Virus record (IMG/VR): IMGVR_UViG_3300035034_002090
Coordinates: 1-45,237 of that record
Direction: 5' to 3' (one strand)
Length of the DNA: 45,237 bases
Origin: a virus
Lineage: Duplodnaviria; Heunggongvirae; Uroviricota; Caudoviricetes
Shown: positions 24,046 to 34,095 of the stretch, piece after piece
How the letters are laid out: the number at the start of each line of letters is the position of its first letter
How positions within the stretch are numbered: the stretch's first letter is position 1
The notes under the pieces: generated by a model
The model's input: only the letters and a program-made list of their open reading frames with translations
Databases searched by the model: none
Told to the model about the DNA's origin: nothing
Program-made: the position numbers and the translations under genes

Positions 24046-27000
24046 ATGGACGAGTTACCGATGGACGTTCTGAGTAAAATTGAATCGACGCTTCAAAAGA
24101 AAAGAGACCTACTCGTTGAGCGCGGCGACCTCAAGGACGTTGTAGGCAACATTAAGGACCCCGAGACAAAGAAGGCATTCATTGACGACCAAGTCGATGA
24201 ATCTTTCTCTATTGAGGCCGGTAGATCTCTGAGAAGGGAGTATTCGCGAAAGTCTTGGCCTTACTTCGAAATGTACGGACGCCTACGACTTGCGGCTATG
24301 GGTCTACCCTCCATAGAAAGAAGTCACGTCGAAGAGTTCATCAAAGCGGCTAGCCTAATTGAAAAGCAGATCAGAGGTGCCTTCGTCACAGGTGAGATGT
24401 CCCAGCTAACCCAGCAAGCTCTTCGGAGCATGAAAGGCATCTCTCAGAACGAAGGTGATAAAAGAAATGCAAAAAGAGCCGCGTTCGCTGCTGAGAAAAT
24501 TCTGCAAGTGACCATGGTTTTGGCCGGAGAGAAAAACATCTCTCTCGATACCCAGCGCGATCCCGATGGCGTCAGTGGATTCGTGAAGTTGGTCGCGGGT
24601 ACGGGAACGGCTCAATTGAGTGACGAAGAGCAGAACGCAATCCTCAAGGGAATTGGAGAGACATACTCCACCACTATTGAGCCTGCACTGAGGCGGACTT
24701 TCAAGCCCGATGGGATGCCGTTTTTCAACATGTACGCTCGACTAAGGATGTGGGAAAAAGGGTTAAATTCAATCCGTAGAAACGAAGTTGAGGAATTCTT
24801 CTACGCGATTCAATTCATCCGAAAAAAGCTTGATGATGCCATCATCAGCGCCGATCTTCGAGATGCTAGGATCGACCTCAGGAAGCATTTCAGGCGAATA
24901 CTAAAGGGACCAGAGGGCACTCGCAAAAAGAAAATTGCCAGAGAGGCAGGCCAGTATCTCTTGGAGCTAATGACCGATGTCGCTAAATCTCAGGACATCT
25001 ACTTTAGACGCAGAAAGCTGAGTCCATTCTGGTTCAAGCTCAACACGGCACGATCAGAGAATGCTAAGCTTCAGGACATCTCAGATGAAGATCCCGAACA
25101 TTACGCCTTGGAGAAGAAGAAGAAAGCTCTTTATAAGGCGCTCGAAGATGACATCACCAGAAGGATCGTAAACGATGGCCTGAAGCCCAAGAAGGATCAC
25201 ATCTGGAGAAGACCAGTCATGCTCGGTATCGATCCCGCCACCGAGGGAGAGGGTACTGAGACAGAGCAGATAGTTTATGACACGGATGGTGAGAAGCTCT
25301 CCATGGACGAGTACATGGAGAAAAGAAAGAGGGAGAGAAAGGCTTACAACAAGCTTAAGAAGAAGGACTTGGGAGTCTTTCCTCAATCACTCGAATCTCT
25401 AGATCGGGTGCCCAGCGAGGACATTGAACAAGCCATTAGAGACGGCGCAACCGTCGAGTACATGGCTATTACCGACGATGCCGACAAGCAGAATGCCCTC
25501 ACGCGAAACTTCCCATGCGTTGAGATTGACGGAAAGAAGGTGGTTGCGGGTAACGTCACCACTAATGAAGAGGGTGAGATCGAGCTTATGCCTGACCGGT
25601 TCACCGGTATGGAGGTCGATGACATGGTGAATATGTCGGGCCGCCTGATTGAGGGCGTTGCTTACAACTACAGCCCTCAAACCGGAACTACTCCCATGGA
25701 GGTTAAGGCTAAGGGTGGTCTGGTAGTGACATCAGATAGAGAGCCTTACGTCACTATTGCTGATGACGGAAAGTTCTACTTGAGGATTCCGTCTGGAGAC
25801 GACTACACGTACCATCGGAATGCCGTCCGAGCCATTGAGAAAAACCCGATGGTTGAGTACGTCAAAAAGATCGAGGGCCTCGGTGATGTCGTAGGCCAGA
25901 AACAAGACTATACGTACCAGACGGTCTTTAAGTTTGAGGACGAGGCGCTTCCGCTCGTCATTGAGAAGCTCGGCGGGTTCGTCATGAGTGAATCCGCCTC
26001 CAAAAAAGCAGATAACTACTATCGAGATGCGAAGGTTCGCGATGACGCCGTCCGGGAGCAGAGGCTGCGTTCCTTCAAACCGGACATGCTCGGCGGATTC
26101 AAAGAGTCTCGCATGGTCAAAGGGGAAGAGAAGCAGTTTAAGTTGAACTCTGCCCAATTGGAGGCCCTCTCTTACCTTGACTCAAACGGCGGACGAGGAA
26201 TTGCCGCCCTCGAAACCGGCGTCGGCAAAACCGTGCTTACGCTGGCGTACATTCAGGACCTAAAAAGAAAGGGTCTTCTAGACAATGGAAAGAAGGTGCT
26301 CTTCGTTGCACCCAAAAGCCTCAAGGGTAACTTGGGCAACCAAGCGGAGAAGTTCATCAGCGACCCTGAAGAGTTCATGTCACATGTCGAGGTCATGGCA
26401 CCGGGAGAGTTCCGCAACGACGCCAAAAAGTCAGCTCCCGGAGAGCCGCTGGAACTCAAAGAAGACTACATGGACCAGTGGGCCGCCGTTATCTTCGATG
26501 AAATCACAGACTACGGAGTAGGTGGTGAGAATATATCTTCTTCTCAGATCGCTCAAGCTATCAACATGCCGCACCCAAGAAAGGTCATGTTGACAGCCTC
26601 TCCGCTGGAGAGCAGCCCGAAGCAGCTGTATGCACTGTGGGCTCACGTAAACAACGTAGATGTGTTCAACACCGGAGAAGAGCGCACACGAATGCTCAAC
26701 TTCGTAAAGAAGCACTGCGAGCGTCTGGGTAGTCGTGAGATTGCTCTGTCTGAAGATCCGGACATCAGAGAGACCTTCCAGCGCTGGGCTAAGAAGAACA
26801 TGTACTACGCCAGCAAGTCGAGCGTTGAGGGCTACGACCTCCCTGAGCTGAAACCTACTCAAGAATTGATTGAAATGGATGACGAGGTCGCCAAGAAGCA
26901 CAGGCGTATTATTAAGCGCTTCAGCAAGCGCATGGCAAAGTACGCTCGTGATCTTGAGTCCATTGAAAACTCCGAAGGGCCTTTCAAAATTGGGCACTCC

Positions 27001-27876
27001 GAAGTTAGCAGGGAAGAGTGGATCGAGCACAGAAAGCTAAAGCTCATCCAAAACGTACGAAAGAAGAGGATCGGACACGAGGATATGAAGATCGCCCAAG
27101 AGCTGTCCCTCATTCCTAGCAAGCATGTCAAGGGCGCTAGAAACCCCAAGATCGATCGGTGCGTAAGTATCGTCGACGAGGGCATGGGTAACGGTAAGCG
27201 ATTCGTTATTTTCACAGACAATAACGACGCCGCTGGCATTGCTGTCAAAGACCTTTGCAGCAAGATACCGGGAGACAAACACGCCGTAGCATATAGTGAC
27301 CGCTGGGAAATCTGGGCTAATGGCAAAAAGCTAGAGACCTTCAAGGAGAAGGCATACGAGATAGATGGGCGTGAGTACAAAAAGGAAGAGTGGGTTGATT
27401 ACATCATCGACAATCATGTCAAGCCCGCCGAAACCAATGTCCGAAGTGTCGTCCTCACACAGAACTACTCTCACGGCGTCAACCTTCAGACCTTCAGCTC
27501 GGTCATCCACCTCGACAGAGATGACTGGAACTCTGAAGTCATGAAGCAGAGGTCTGCTCGCGTTCACCGTCAGGGGCAGCAAAATGCAGTTGATCAGCAC
27601 ACCCTCGACTCGTCATATGAGCAGGACGATAGTGATCTCGACTTCACGCTAGACCAAGCGATGGAGAAGTGGCAGGACTACGATGCCAACCTCTTCAATC
27701 AGATTGTCATCCAAAGTCAGGACGCAGACCTATCAAAAGGAATTGGTGACATCGAGAAAAAGAGGTCGTCATTTTACGCTCTCGATTCCAAGCTGATGAG
27801 GATGGAGCTATCGCCCTACATCAAAAACCTCAGTCAAGACCTAGAGAACACCGACCAGCTAAAGTCAGTGGGCTAA
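24046..27876 (+). CDS. Large SF2 (SNF2-like) helicase/ATPase with ~690 aa unknown N-terminal region
   Basis: Q motif LNSAQ, ALETGVGKT, FVAPKSL, IFDEIT, LTASP, SHGVNLQ, QRSARVHRQGQ. Confidence 0.88.
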   Translation: MDELPMDVLSKIESTLQKKRDLLVERGDLKDVVGNIKDPETKKAFIDDQVDESFSIEAGRSLRREYSRKSWPYFEMYGRLRLAAMGLPSIERSHVEEFIKAASLIEKQIRGAFVTGEMSQLTQQALRSMKGISQNEGDKRNAKRAAFAAEKILQVTMVLAGEKNISLDTQRDPDGVSGFVKLVAGTGTAQLSDEEQNAILKGIGETYSTTIEPALRRTFKPDGMPFFNMYARLRMWEKGLNSIRRNEVEEFFYAIQFIRKKLDDAIISADLRDARIDLRKHFRRILKGPEGTRKKKIAREAGQYLLELMTDVAKSQDIYFRRRKLSPFWFKLNTARSENAKLQDISDEDPEHYALEKKKKALYKALEDDITRRIVNDGLKPKKDHIWRRPVMLGIDPATEGEGTETEQIVYDTDGEKLSMDEYMEKRKRERKAYNKLKKKDLGVFPQSLESLDRVPSEDIEQAIRDGATVEYMAITDDADKQNALTRNFPCVEIDGKKVVAGNVTTNEEGEIELMPDRFTGMEVDDMVNMSGRLIEGVAYNYSPQTGTTPMEVKAKGGLVVTSDREPYVTIADDGKFYLRIPSGDDYTYHRNAVRAIEKNPMVEYVKKIEGLGDVVGQKQDYTYQTVFKFEDEALPLVIEKLGGFVMSESASKKADNYYRDAKVRDDAVREQRLRSFKPDMLGGFKESRMVKGEEKQFKLNSAQLEALSYLDSNGGRGIAALETGVGKTVLTLAYIQDLKRKGLLDNGKKVLFVAPKSLKGNLGNQAEKFISDPEEFMSHVEVMAPGEFRNDAKKSAPGEPLELKEDYMDQWAAVIFDEITDYGVGGENISSSQIAQAINMPHPRKVMLTASPLESSPKQLYALWAHVNNVDVFNTGEERTRMLNFVKKHCERLGSREIALSEDPDIRETFQRWAKKNMYYASKSSVEGYDLPELKPTQELIEMDDEVAKKHRRIIKRFSKRMAKYARDLESIENSEGPFKIGHSEVSREEWIEHRKLKLIQNVRKKRIGHEDMKIAQELSLIPSKHVKGARNPKIDRCVSIVDEGMGNGKRFVIFTDNNDAAGIAVKDLCSKIPGDKHAVAYSDRWEIWANGKKLETFKEKAYEIDGREYKKEEWVDYIIDNHVKPAETNVRSVVLTQNYSHGVNLQTFSSVIHLDRDDWNSEVMKQRSARVHRQGQQNAVDQHTLDSSYEQDDSDLDFTLDQAMEKWQDYDANLFNQIVIQSQDADLSKGIGDIEKKRSSFYALDSKLMRMELSPYIKNLSQDLENTDQLKSVG

Positions 27877-27889
27877 CAAGGAGACAATT

Positions 27890-28225
27890 ATGGAAGACAA
27901 CGTATCGGAAGAACAAGGTCCGCAGACCGTAGGCGAGTGGCTCTCCTACATCAACCTGCTAGAAGGTGAGGAATTTACAAACAAAGCCTTTGCCTTCAAC
28001 ACCCCGAACTTCATCCAGCACCTAAGGGACGAAGAGGGGTACTCCGCCGAAGAGATCAGTATGATCCTTAACGGCTTCGCCAACAGGTTCGTGCAGCTAG
28101 GCATGGTTCTACCCAGAAGAATGAGAGGCCAGTATTGCTCCTACGCTGGAGTTTTCGACACCTTCTCAAAATACGATCTCCCTTTTACCCCCGAAGAGGC
28201 CGAGGCGAGAAATAGGGAAGAGTAG
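27890..28225 (+). CDS. Hypothetical protein (111 aa)
   Basis: AAGGAG SD. Confidence 0.8.
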   Translation: MEDNVSEEQGPQTVGEWLSYINLLEGEEFTNKAFAFNTPNFIQHLRDEEGYSAEEISMILNGFANRFVQLGMVLPRRMRGQYCSYAGVFDTFSKYDLPFTPEEAEARNREE

Positions 28226-28254
28226 GCATAACAGCCGTTGATTAAAAGGAATCG

Positions 28255-28289
28255 GGGCGTGTTGGAGACTTCCAGCGCGCCCCTTTTTT
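28255..28289 (+). terminator. Intrinsic terminator
   Basis: GGGCGTGTTGGA-gact-TCCAGCGCGCCC plus T run. Confidence 0.8.
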
Positions 28290-28335
28290 CGTTATGCTCG
28301 GAAGGTACTACTTCTAGCTCTTTTCAGGGGACCCT

Positions 28336-29388
28336 ATGGACACAACAACATTTCTACGCAAGACGTTCTCAATGACATACAAGGAGGACACCTACCCGCT
28401 CGTAAGGCTTGGCGCGAGAGTCATATCCGACCACGTCGGCGGTGTTCTCATATCTCACGTTTCCGATGATCTCTGGAGGTACTTGAAGAGCCCTAAATAT
28501 TGGGGTCTTTTTACGAGGGAGGCCCTAAGAGACCCAACAATAACCCCACGGGTCAAAGACTTGGCAGCACGCAAACATATCCGCTCCTGTGGAGACATAG
28601 ATCCAGAGCAAGAACCGGGTCCGGGACTTTTCGAGTCCGCATCTCACCTCGCCTCACGAGGCAAACTAACAAGAGAGGATATACTCTCCTTCAGAAAGGC
28701 CCTCATAAGAGCTGCGCGCCTGAAGCAGACATACCTCTCTCCCGTCAGCGAGATTAATCAGGCACTAAGCGCGATAATGTGGTTTGGCAAGCTCTCCAAT
28801 GCGCAAAAAGAAGACATTCTGATCATCGCCCTCATGGCTGAAGAGATGCTTGGAAACCAGAGCAGGTTTGTCTACAACCACCTCATGGGCATCGAAGGCC
28901 ACAAAGATCTGAAGAGATCCCTGTGCGAAACCATCGTTTATGCTCCAGTGCCATTTGAAAGAGGCGATTACGACTTTCCTTTTCCAACCTCTCCAGAAGA
29001 GAAAGACATCCTTGGAGTTCGGTTCATGCCCGGGGAGGTGCGTCGCATTGCTGTGACTTGGCTAGGAGAGCTTGGGGGAGATCCTCACGATATTCTAAAA
29101 AGAGTAATCAGGTCCTCTCTTGCTAGAGATTTTGGAGGAACATCAGTTCTGTCCGGCGCAATAGATCTCCTAGACAGCAAATGGGATGTTCTCGACAAAA
29201 AACAACGCGAGAGAGCGCTGTCGAAAGCTATCGCCATGCCAGACATCTCCATCCGAAAGCGGGCTTATTTGATCGGCGAGCAACACCTCGGCATCTCCTT
29301 TCTAAAGAAGTCCCTAAAAGACAAAGCCAAGAGTTTAAGAAAGTGGGGTAGATCTCGCATAGAGACTCCCCATATTGACGTTGTATAG
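28336..29388 (+). CDS. Hypothetical helical protein (HEAT-like C-terminus)
   Basis: 350 aa ORF; C-terminal DISIRKRAY / DKAKSLRKW repeats. Confidence 0.75.
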   Translation: MDTTTFLRKTFSMTYKEDTYPLVRLGARVISDHVGGVLISHVSDDLWRYLKSPKYWGLFTREALRDPTITPRVKDLAARKHIRSCGDIDPEQEPGPGLFESASHLASRGKLTREDILSFRKALIRAARLKQTYLSPVSEINQALSAIMWFGKLSNAQKEDILIIALMAEEMLGNQSRFVYNHLMGIEGHKDLKRSLCETIVYAPVPFERGDYDFPFPTSPEEKDILGVRFMPGEVRRIAVTWLGELGGDPHDILKRVIRSSLARDFGGTSVLSGAIDLLDSKWDVLDKKQRERALSKAIAMPDISIRKRAYLIGEQHLGISFLKKSLKDKAKSLRKWGRSRIETPHIDVV

Positions 29389-29430
29389 TTATAAGCAGTT
29401 ACACCAAGACCGCTAACAACCGGCGAGGAT

Positions 29431-29694
29431 ATGTCAGACAAACAGAGAGGGTTTCCTATCATGGGAGGGCTACGAGTGCCTTGGGAGGCTGGTGAGAAGG
29501 CTTACGCTCAATACAGGGCGCAGTGCGGGGACAGCCAATCTATTGAAAAGATAGCCAGAAGGGGAGGCTTCGGACTGAAAGAATTCTGCCTTCTGTACCG
29601 AGCAATGCCGCCCACGGCTTATATGCATGAGTGCGATGTCAGTAGAACTTTGGCCGAAGCTCTTGGTCAACTGAAGTCTGGAGATGAGCTATGA
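29431..29694 (+). CDS. Hypothetical protein (87 aa)
   Basis: GAGG SD; AYAQY..QSIEKIARRGGFG. Confidence 0.7.
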   Translation: MSDKQRGFPIMGGLRVPWEAGEKAYAQYRAQCGDSQSIEKIARRGGFGLKEFCLLYRAMPPTAYMHECDVSRTLAEALGQLKSGDEL

Positions 29695-30077
29695 ACCGAG
29701 AGACCATTAACAAGAACTGCAACGAGCTTATAGGGGAAGTGTGGTGCTGCGGAGGATGTAACGCCCCAACTGGTTTTGAAGAGCATTCCTATTGCAAAAA
29801 CTGCGAGAAAAGCTATGGGAACTTCAGTGATGATGTGGATTGGTGCCACCCATATGCCGCTGTTTTTATGGTGCAGAAATGCTCGCGCCTCTTCAACAAA
29901 GGCAACTGGAAGGAAACAGTCGAGCTTTATCCTCTACAGACTGGTGAGTGGAGAGCCTCTACTGGAACTGTTATGGCTGTTTGCGACAGCTTTTACGAAG
30001 CTCAGGCAGAGGCTCTGTCCCGGGCATTTGAGGCAGGCTTCAAAATACGAAAGCCGCAGACACGAACCACCTACTAG
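29691..30077 (+). CDS. Hypothetical protein with CxxC pairs
   Basis: ATGA overlap; CGGC...CKNC. Confidence 0.7.
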   Translation: MNRETINKNCNELIGEVWCCGGCNAPTGFEEHSYCKNCEKSYGNFSDDVDWCHPYAAVFMVQKCSRLFNKGNWKETVELYPLQTGEWRASTGTVMAVCDSFYEAQAEALSRAFEAGFKIRKPQTRTTY

Positions 30078-30123
30078 TCTATAAGTTGTTTCTAGCGCCA
30101 TCTCAGATAATCTAAATAGCAGC

Positions 30124-30582
30124 ATGGACCTAGATTGCCCGGAGGAACCTTTGAGAGGTGACCTAAAACTTTGCGAACGCATTCGAGAGTTTACGTCCTC
30201 GCCACTCAACGGCGCGAACATGACTTGCACCCTAGATACCATGGTCCAGCACGAGGCCCGCTCCATTGGCTTGGAAGGTTGGGCAGGCAGTTATGCCACG
30301 AATGAGGTTATTGCACGCTGTAATGACTTCAAAATTAGACTCGTGGATACTGTATCTAGGTGGTCAAGCAGAGAGGGTGTTGGAACCCTGACGGGAAACC
30401 CTGATGGTCTGGTTGAATGGGCCTACGAAACCCTCAGCGGCTCGTCTGGAGGAATCTTCCCTGAGTCCTTAAATTCAGCTAAGTCGGTGCGACTCAAGGA
30501 GTTTCTATCCCTAGAGGTAAGGGCGGAGCATCAGGCTCTCCGTGATGAAATAATCGGAGCCGCCTTTGACACAACGAATTGA
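30124..30582 (+). CDS. Hypothetical protein (152 aa)
   Basis: ORF in same-strand run. Confidence 0.65.
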   Translation: MDLDCPEEPLRGDLKLCERIREFTSSPLNGANMTCTLDTMVQHEARSIGLEGWAGSYATNEVIARCNDFKIRLVDTVSRWSSREGVGTLTGNPDGLVEWAYETLSGSSGGIFPESLNSAKSVRLKEFLSLEVRAEHQALRDEIIGAAFDTTN

Positions 30583-30585
30583 ACA

Positions 30586-31230
30586 GTGAGATTTATGATG
30601 AGCAGCACACACCTTATTGAGAGCTACCTTAACGACCAGTTGCCGCGACCGGTTAGTCTCGCCCACCTGTTTGAGGATGCTGAAGTCTGGAAGGAGACAG
30701 CGCTCACAGAATCGACAGGCTCGTTCATTGACAGAGCTATACCGTCTGTGTCTGAAATCACCAACAAGGTTCGAGATGTTTCCGAAGACGTTGTTGGCGG
30801 GATAAGAGGTTTCATCTCAGGCTTCTTTACTAAGCTGTTCGAGTCGTTCAAAAAGTCTGGTAAGGTGGTGTGGAGGAACCTCCCGTCACTAAACATCCGA
30901 TTCTCCCCGCCTGCAAAGCTTGTGATCACCGCCGTAATGCCAAGGAACAGTGACCTAGATTACAGCTTGCACGTGGATCTTTATGTGGACCTCATTGAGA
31001 GAAGGGTGGACATAGAGGTGTCTGGTCATATCGGAAAGCACATCGATTTCAGCATCTCTAAGTTTCGTGCCTATGAGGCCGATCAGGAAGATCCAGAAGA
31101 TTACGTCCGGGACGTAGAGAAATCAGTTGACCGGGCCGACACCGTGGTTGTCCCTAAGTACGCTGAAGAGTACACAGATGACGACTATGACCGACAAGGG
31201 GGATCTCCATTCGCCCTTCTTCCAGCTTGA
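30586..31230 (+). CDS. Hypothetical protein (~214 aa)
   Basis: ORF in same-strand run; start may be 30595 or 30598. Confidence 0.7.
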   Translation: MRFMMSSTHLIESYLNDQLPRPVSLAHLFEDAEVWKETALTESTGSFIDRAIPSVSEITNKVRDVSEDVVGGIRGFISGFFTKLFESFKKSGKVVWRNLPSLNIRFSPPAKLVITAVMPRNSDLDYSLHVDLYVDLIERRVDIEVSGHIGKHIDFSISKFRAYEADQEDPEDYVRDVEKSVDRADTVVVPKYAEEYTDDDYDRQGGSPFALLPA

Positions 31231-31242
31231 GAAGGTATAGCA

Positions 31243-31425
31243 ATGCCTAGTAGCACAGATAATACAAAGACCCCGGACAAAGGGAAGTCTAGCAAGCACG
31301 AAAAAGCTCTATCAAAGGCAAAGGCCAAGCGCGTCAAGAGATCAAAAAGCCTAGCCTTCACGAACCCGAGCGCCACACCTTCCATGTATCAGCGTATAGA
31401 TACCCTCCTTACGGAGGAAATATAG
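31243..31425 (+). CDS. Small basic protein (60 aa)
   Basis: GAAGG SD; Lys-rich. Confidence 0.55.
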   Translation: MPSSTDNTKTPDKGKSSKHEKALSKAKAKRVKRSKSLAFTNPSATPSMYQRIDTLLTEEI

Positions 31426-31533
31426 TGTAGGGGCGACTCAAATAAACATTAAATCATCGCAGCATTGTTGAATCTGACAAACTTCCGGCACACCATCTCA
31501 TGTGAGTCACTTTGATCGCAGCGAGGGTTTGTC

Positions 31534-32130
31534 GTGGAACTTACTCCAAATACATACACTCCACCACTCAGATTGTATGCTGGGGCGGCTTGGAGAAAAA
31601 GTTGGGTAGCATGGGTCTTTTTCGTACTCGTGTTCGCCGTGACTGTTGCCATTTCTCTGGACCTAGGCATTGGCGGAGAGGGCGTATGGGCAATGTACGC
31701 CCTGTCATCGGTGGTGCTGGCTATATCTGCTTATGCGTCCATATGGGGATATAGAAGGGGGGCTCTCAAATATCAGATCAGGGGGATAACCTTTCTGTTC
31801 TCTGATCGATCTCTGTACGTACCTCCGGGACATATGGAGGATTTCATTGAAGAGAACGTTTGCTCCAAGTTCCGGCCTCATACTCAGACAGAGCCCTGGG
31901 AGTTACTTGATGGTGTGGCTGTGCATCTGGTGAGTCACGACCTCAAGCTGGGGGATCATGATGCCTTCGGAATGACATACCCACGAAACAAATATAGCCT
32001 AGTAGAGGCTGATAGGGTTCTAGACGCTGGAGTTATGGGGTGGGAGCTGAAACTGCAAATTATGCAGCGCATTTTCCCGGGACAATCTGAAGCTCTCGAC
32101 ATCAAGTGGATCAGAGCAAAAGGCATTTAG
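31534..32130 (+). CDS. Two-TM membrane protein
   Basis: Two hydrophobic segments; GAGGG SD before GTG. Confidence 0.7.
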   Translation: MELTPNTYTPPLRLYAGAAWRKSWVAWVFFVLVFAVTVAISLDLGIGGEGVWAMYALSSVVLAISAYASIWGYRRGALKYQIRGITFLFSDRSLYVPPGHMEDFIEENVCSKFRPHTQTEPWELLDGVAVHLVSHDLKLGDHDAFGMTYPRNKYSLVEADRVLDAGVMGWELKLQIMQRIFPGQSEALDIKWIRAKGI

Positions 32131-32151
32131 TAGCGGGGGAGGGCCATCACT

Positions 32152-32556
32152 ATGGATCAAGAAACTTGGAGCTTTATAACGACCCTGATCACCGGCGGTG
32201 GTGGCGCAGGTATCATCCTATTCCTCAAGTGGCTTTACGAGAGATTCGTAGCAAAGAATCGCCGCAATTGGTCTGATGCCAACGACATAAGAAACGAGCT
32301 TAAGGAGTCCCGAGATTATTGGAGAGATGAAGCCAAAAGTCGGCAAATGCTCATTGAGCAGCTACAGAAGCAAATTAGCACACAAGAGGAATGGATCCTT
32401 GAGCTTAAAACACAGAATGCCGAGCTTAAATCCCTGAACAACTCTCTGGAGACAGAGATTCAAGAAATAAGAAGGCAGAACAAAATCCTTCTTGAGACTC
32501 GGGACTCAGCACTAATGGAACTAAAGAGGCTTCGCAAAAAGCACGGCGAACTCTAG
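32152..32556 (+). CDS. Single-TM coiled-coil protein (holin-like candidate)
   Basis: LITGGGGAGIILFLKW then long heptad repeat; GGAGG SD. Confidence 0.7.
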   Translation: MDQETWSFITTLITGGGGAGIILFLKWLYERFVAKNRRNWSDANDIRNELKESRDYWRDEAKSRQMLIEQLQKQISTQEEWILELKTQNAELKSLNNSLETEIQEIRRQNKILLETRDSALMELKRLRKKHGEL

Positions 32557-32571
32557 GGTAAGGGTAACATC

Positions 32572-32964
32572 ATGTACGTGAATATCTTGCAAAATATGGC
32601 AGCTGGGAATCAGTTCTCAGATGCTGCTCCGTCAGGCGGGACCGACGTTGAGAAGGGAAAAAGGGTTGATCACAAAGAGATTACAGCGGGCGGTCGATTT
32701 GACTTCGACTCTCTAACTCCCGTCCATGGAGAGAGGATACTTCTGGATGTAGGTGATGCAACGGATTGGTCACTTAAGCTCAAGGTAGTCGACCTGAATG
32801 GCAACGCAAAGCTGTTTTCTCTTTACGAGAAGGGCGACTTTTCTGCTAACTCCGTAGTGATCACAGGCGAGTCCCTGTTCATGCTCAAACCCAACGATCA
32901 GCTGGTGCTTTCGACGACTGGCTCTACTACTGAGATGTTTGCTGAGGTCACTGTATCCGCATAA
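32572..32964 (+). CDS. Hypothetical beta-rich protein (possible virion protein)
   Basis: 130 aa ORF, alternating hydrophobic pattern. Confidence 0.7.
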   Translation: MYVNILQNMAAGNQFSDAAPSGGTDVEKGKRVDHKEITAGGRFDFDSLTPVHGERILLDVGDATDWSLKLKVVDLNGNAKLFSLYEKGDFSANSVVITGESLFMLKPNDQLVLSTTGSTTEMFAEVTVSA

Positions 32965-32980
32965 CCTTGAGGACTTAATA

Positions 32981-33295
32981 ATGAAATCTGTATGGCTCTG
33001 GATAAAGCGCTGGTGGTGGGCTGTGGTAGCTGGCTTGGGGTTGGCTGCTGGGCTCGCACTGTCTGCACTCTTGAGGAAGGATAGGAGTTCCGATGATAGC
33101 CTTATAGCAGACGGGTCATTGACCTCTCTAGCCAAAGAAGAGTACGATCGAGCCAAAACAGAGATTGATATAGAGCGCTCCAAGAAGAAGGTAGAGACCG
33201 AGGTTCAGCGTAGGATTCTTGAGGACATCGCCAGTGAGCCCGACATCAAAACTCAGCGTGAAAGGTACTCTAAGTGGGCGACCTCGAATCTTTAA
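32981..33295 (+). CDS. N-terminal TM helical protein (i-spanin-like candidate)
   Basis: WLWIKRWWWAVVAGLGLAAGLAL then charged helix; GAGG SD. Confidence 0.7.
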   Translation: MKSVWLWIKRWWWAVVAGLGLAAGLALSALLRKDRSSDDSLIADGSLTSLAKEEYDRAKTEIDIERSKKKVETEVQRRILEDIASEPDIKTQRERYSKWATSNL

Positions 33296-34095
33296 GGCAC
33301 GGTGCAACTGAACTTCGGGTGGGTGACTTTTTCAGGGTTGATAGAACGGGAAGGACGATCTGCTACGTGGGCTCAGCCAACGTTGAAGGAAAGCATCTTC
33401 CGGCGTTTGTTGAGGTGGACCAGAGTCGAGGATTTTTGCTGGTTCATGATGACATCATTGTAACTGATTATAAGCACATAACCCCCATCCCAAGGGATGA
33501 CGGAGAGAGAAGCGTTGACCATATGCGCCCTCTTCTTAAGTCCCTAAACCAAGCCGAAAAACTTCAAGTCTGGAGCCTCCCTAACTTTGACGCCTACTCG
33601 GGACATATCGTTGCAGGACGTATTGTTGATACCGTCTCTCCGTGCTCAGGTGATGTTGTAGCAAGCAGTCGATTGAAGAGGGCTCTCATATACTGCGGCG
33701 AGTTCAGGGGCGAATGGGTCCTATGTGAGATTGGGGACGATGAGGGAAGGTATGTGTTCAGTAAGCCCCATCCTGTCGACGTTATTGATGTCGAAGTCGT
33801 AAAGGAATTTGCTGACAAGGTTTTTAGTAGCATCCAAAAACAACCACTGCCGGGGGCTTCTGTTCACTTCGGAAGCGGCAAAAGAGCCATCTATCTTGGT
33901 AAAACGAACCGACTGTCGGGCAATCACTTCGTTGCAGTAGAAGGCGACAGCTCTATTGACGGTATAAACTTCTCATTCAAGGAAAAGAGATGGAGAATTC
34001 AGACGCTTCTTCCAGAGCTTATGACAGCTCACGAGCTTCCAGAGGACGACGGAGTGGAACTTCTCTTACACATACGTGGATTGCTGTCTCATTAG
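33274..34095 (+). CDS. Hypothetical protein (273 aa)
   Basis: Long ORF overlapping both neighbours. Confidence 0.65.
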   Translation: MGDLESLRHGATELRVGDFFRVDRTGRTICYVGSANVEGKHLPAFVEVDQSRGFLLVHDDIIVTDYKHITPIPRDDGERSVDHMRPLLKSLNQAEKLQVWSLPNFDAYSGHIVAGRIVDTVSPCSGDVVASSRLKRALIYCGEFRGEWVLCEIGDDEGRYVFSKPHPVDVIDVEVVKEFADKVFSSIQKQPLPGASVHFGSGKRAIYLGKTNRLSGNHFVAVEGDSSIDGINFSFKEKRWRIQTLLPELMTAHELPEDDGVELLLHIRGLLSH

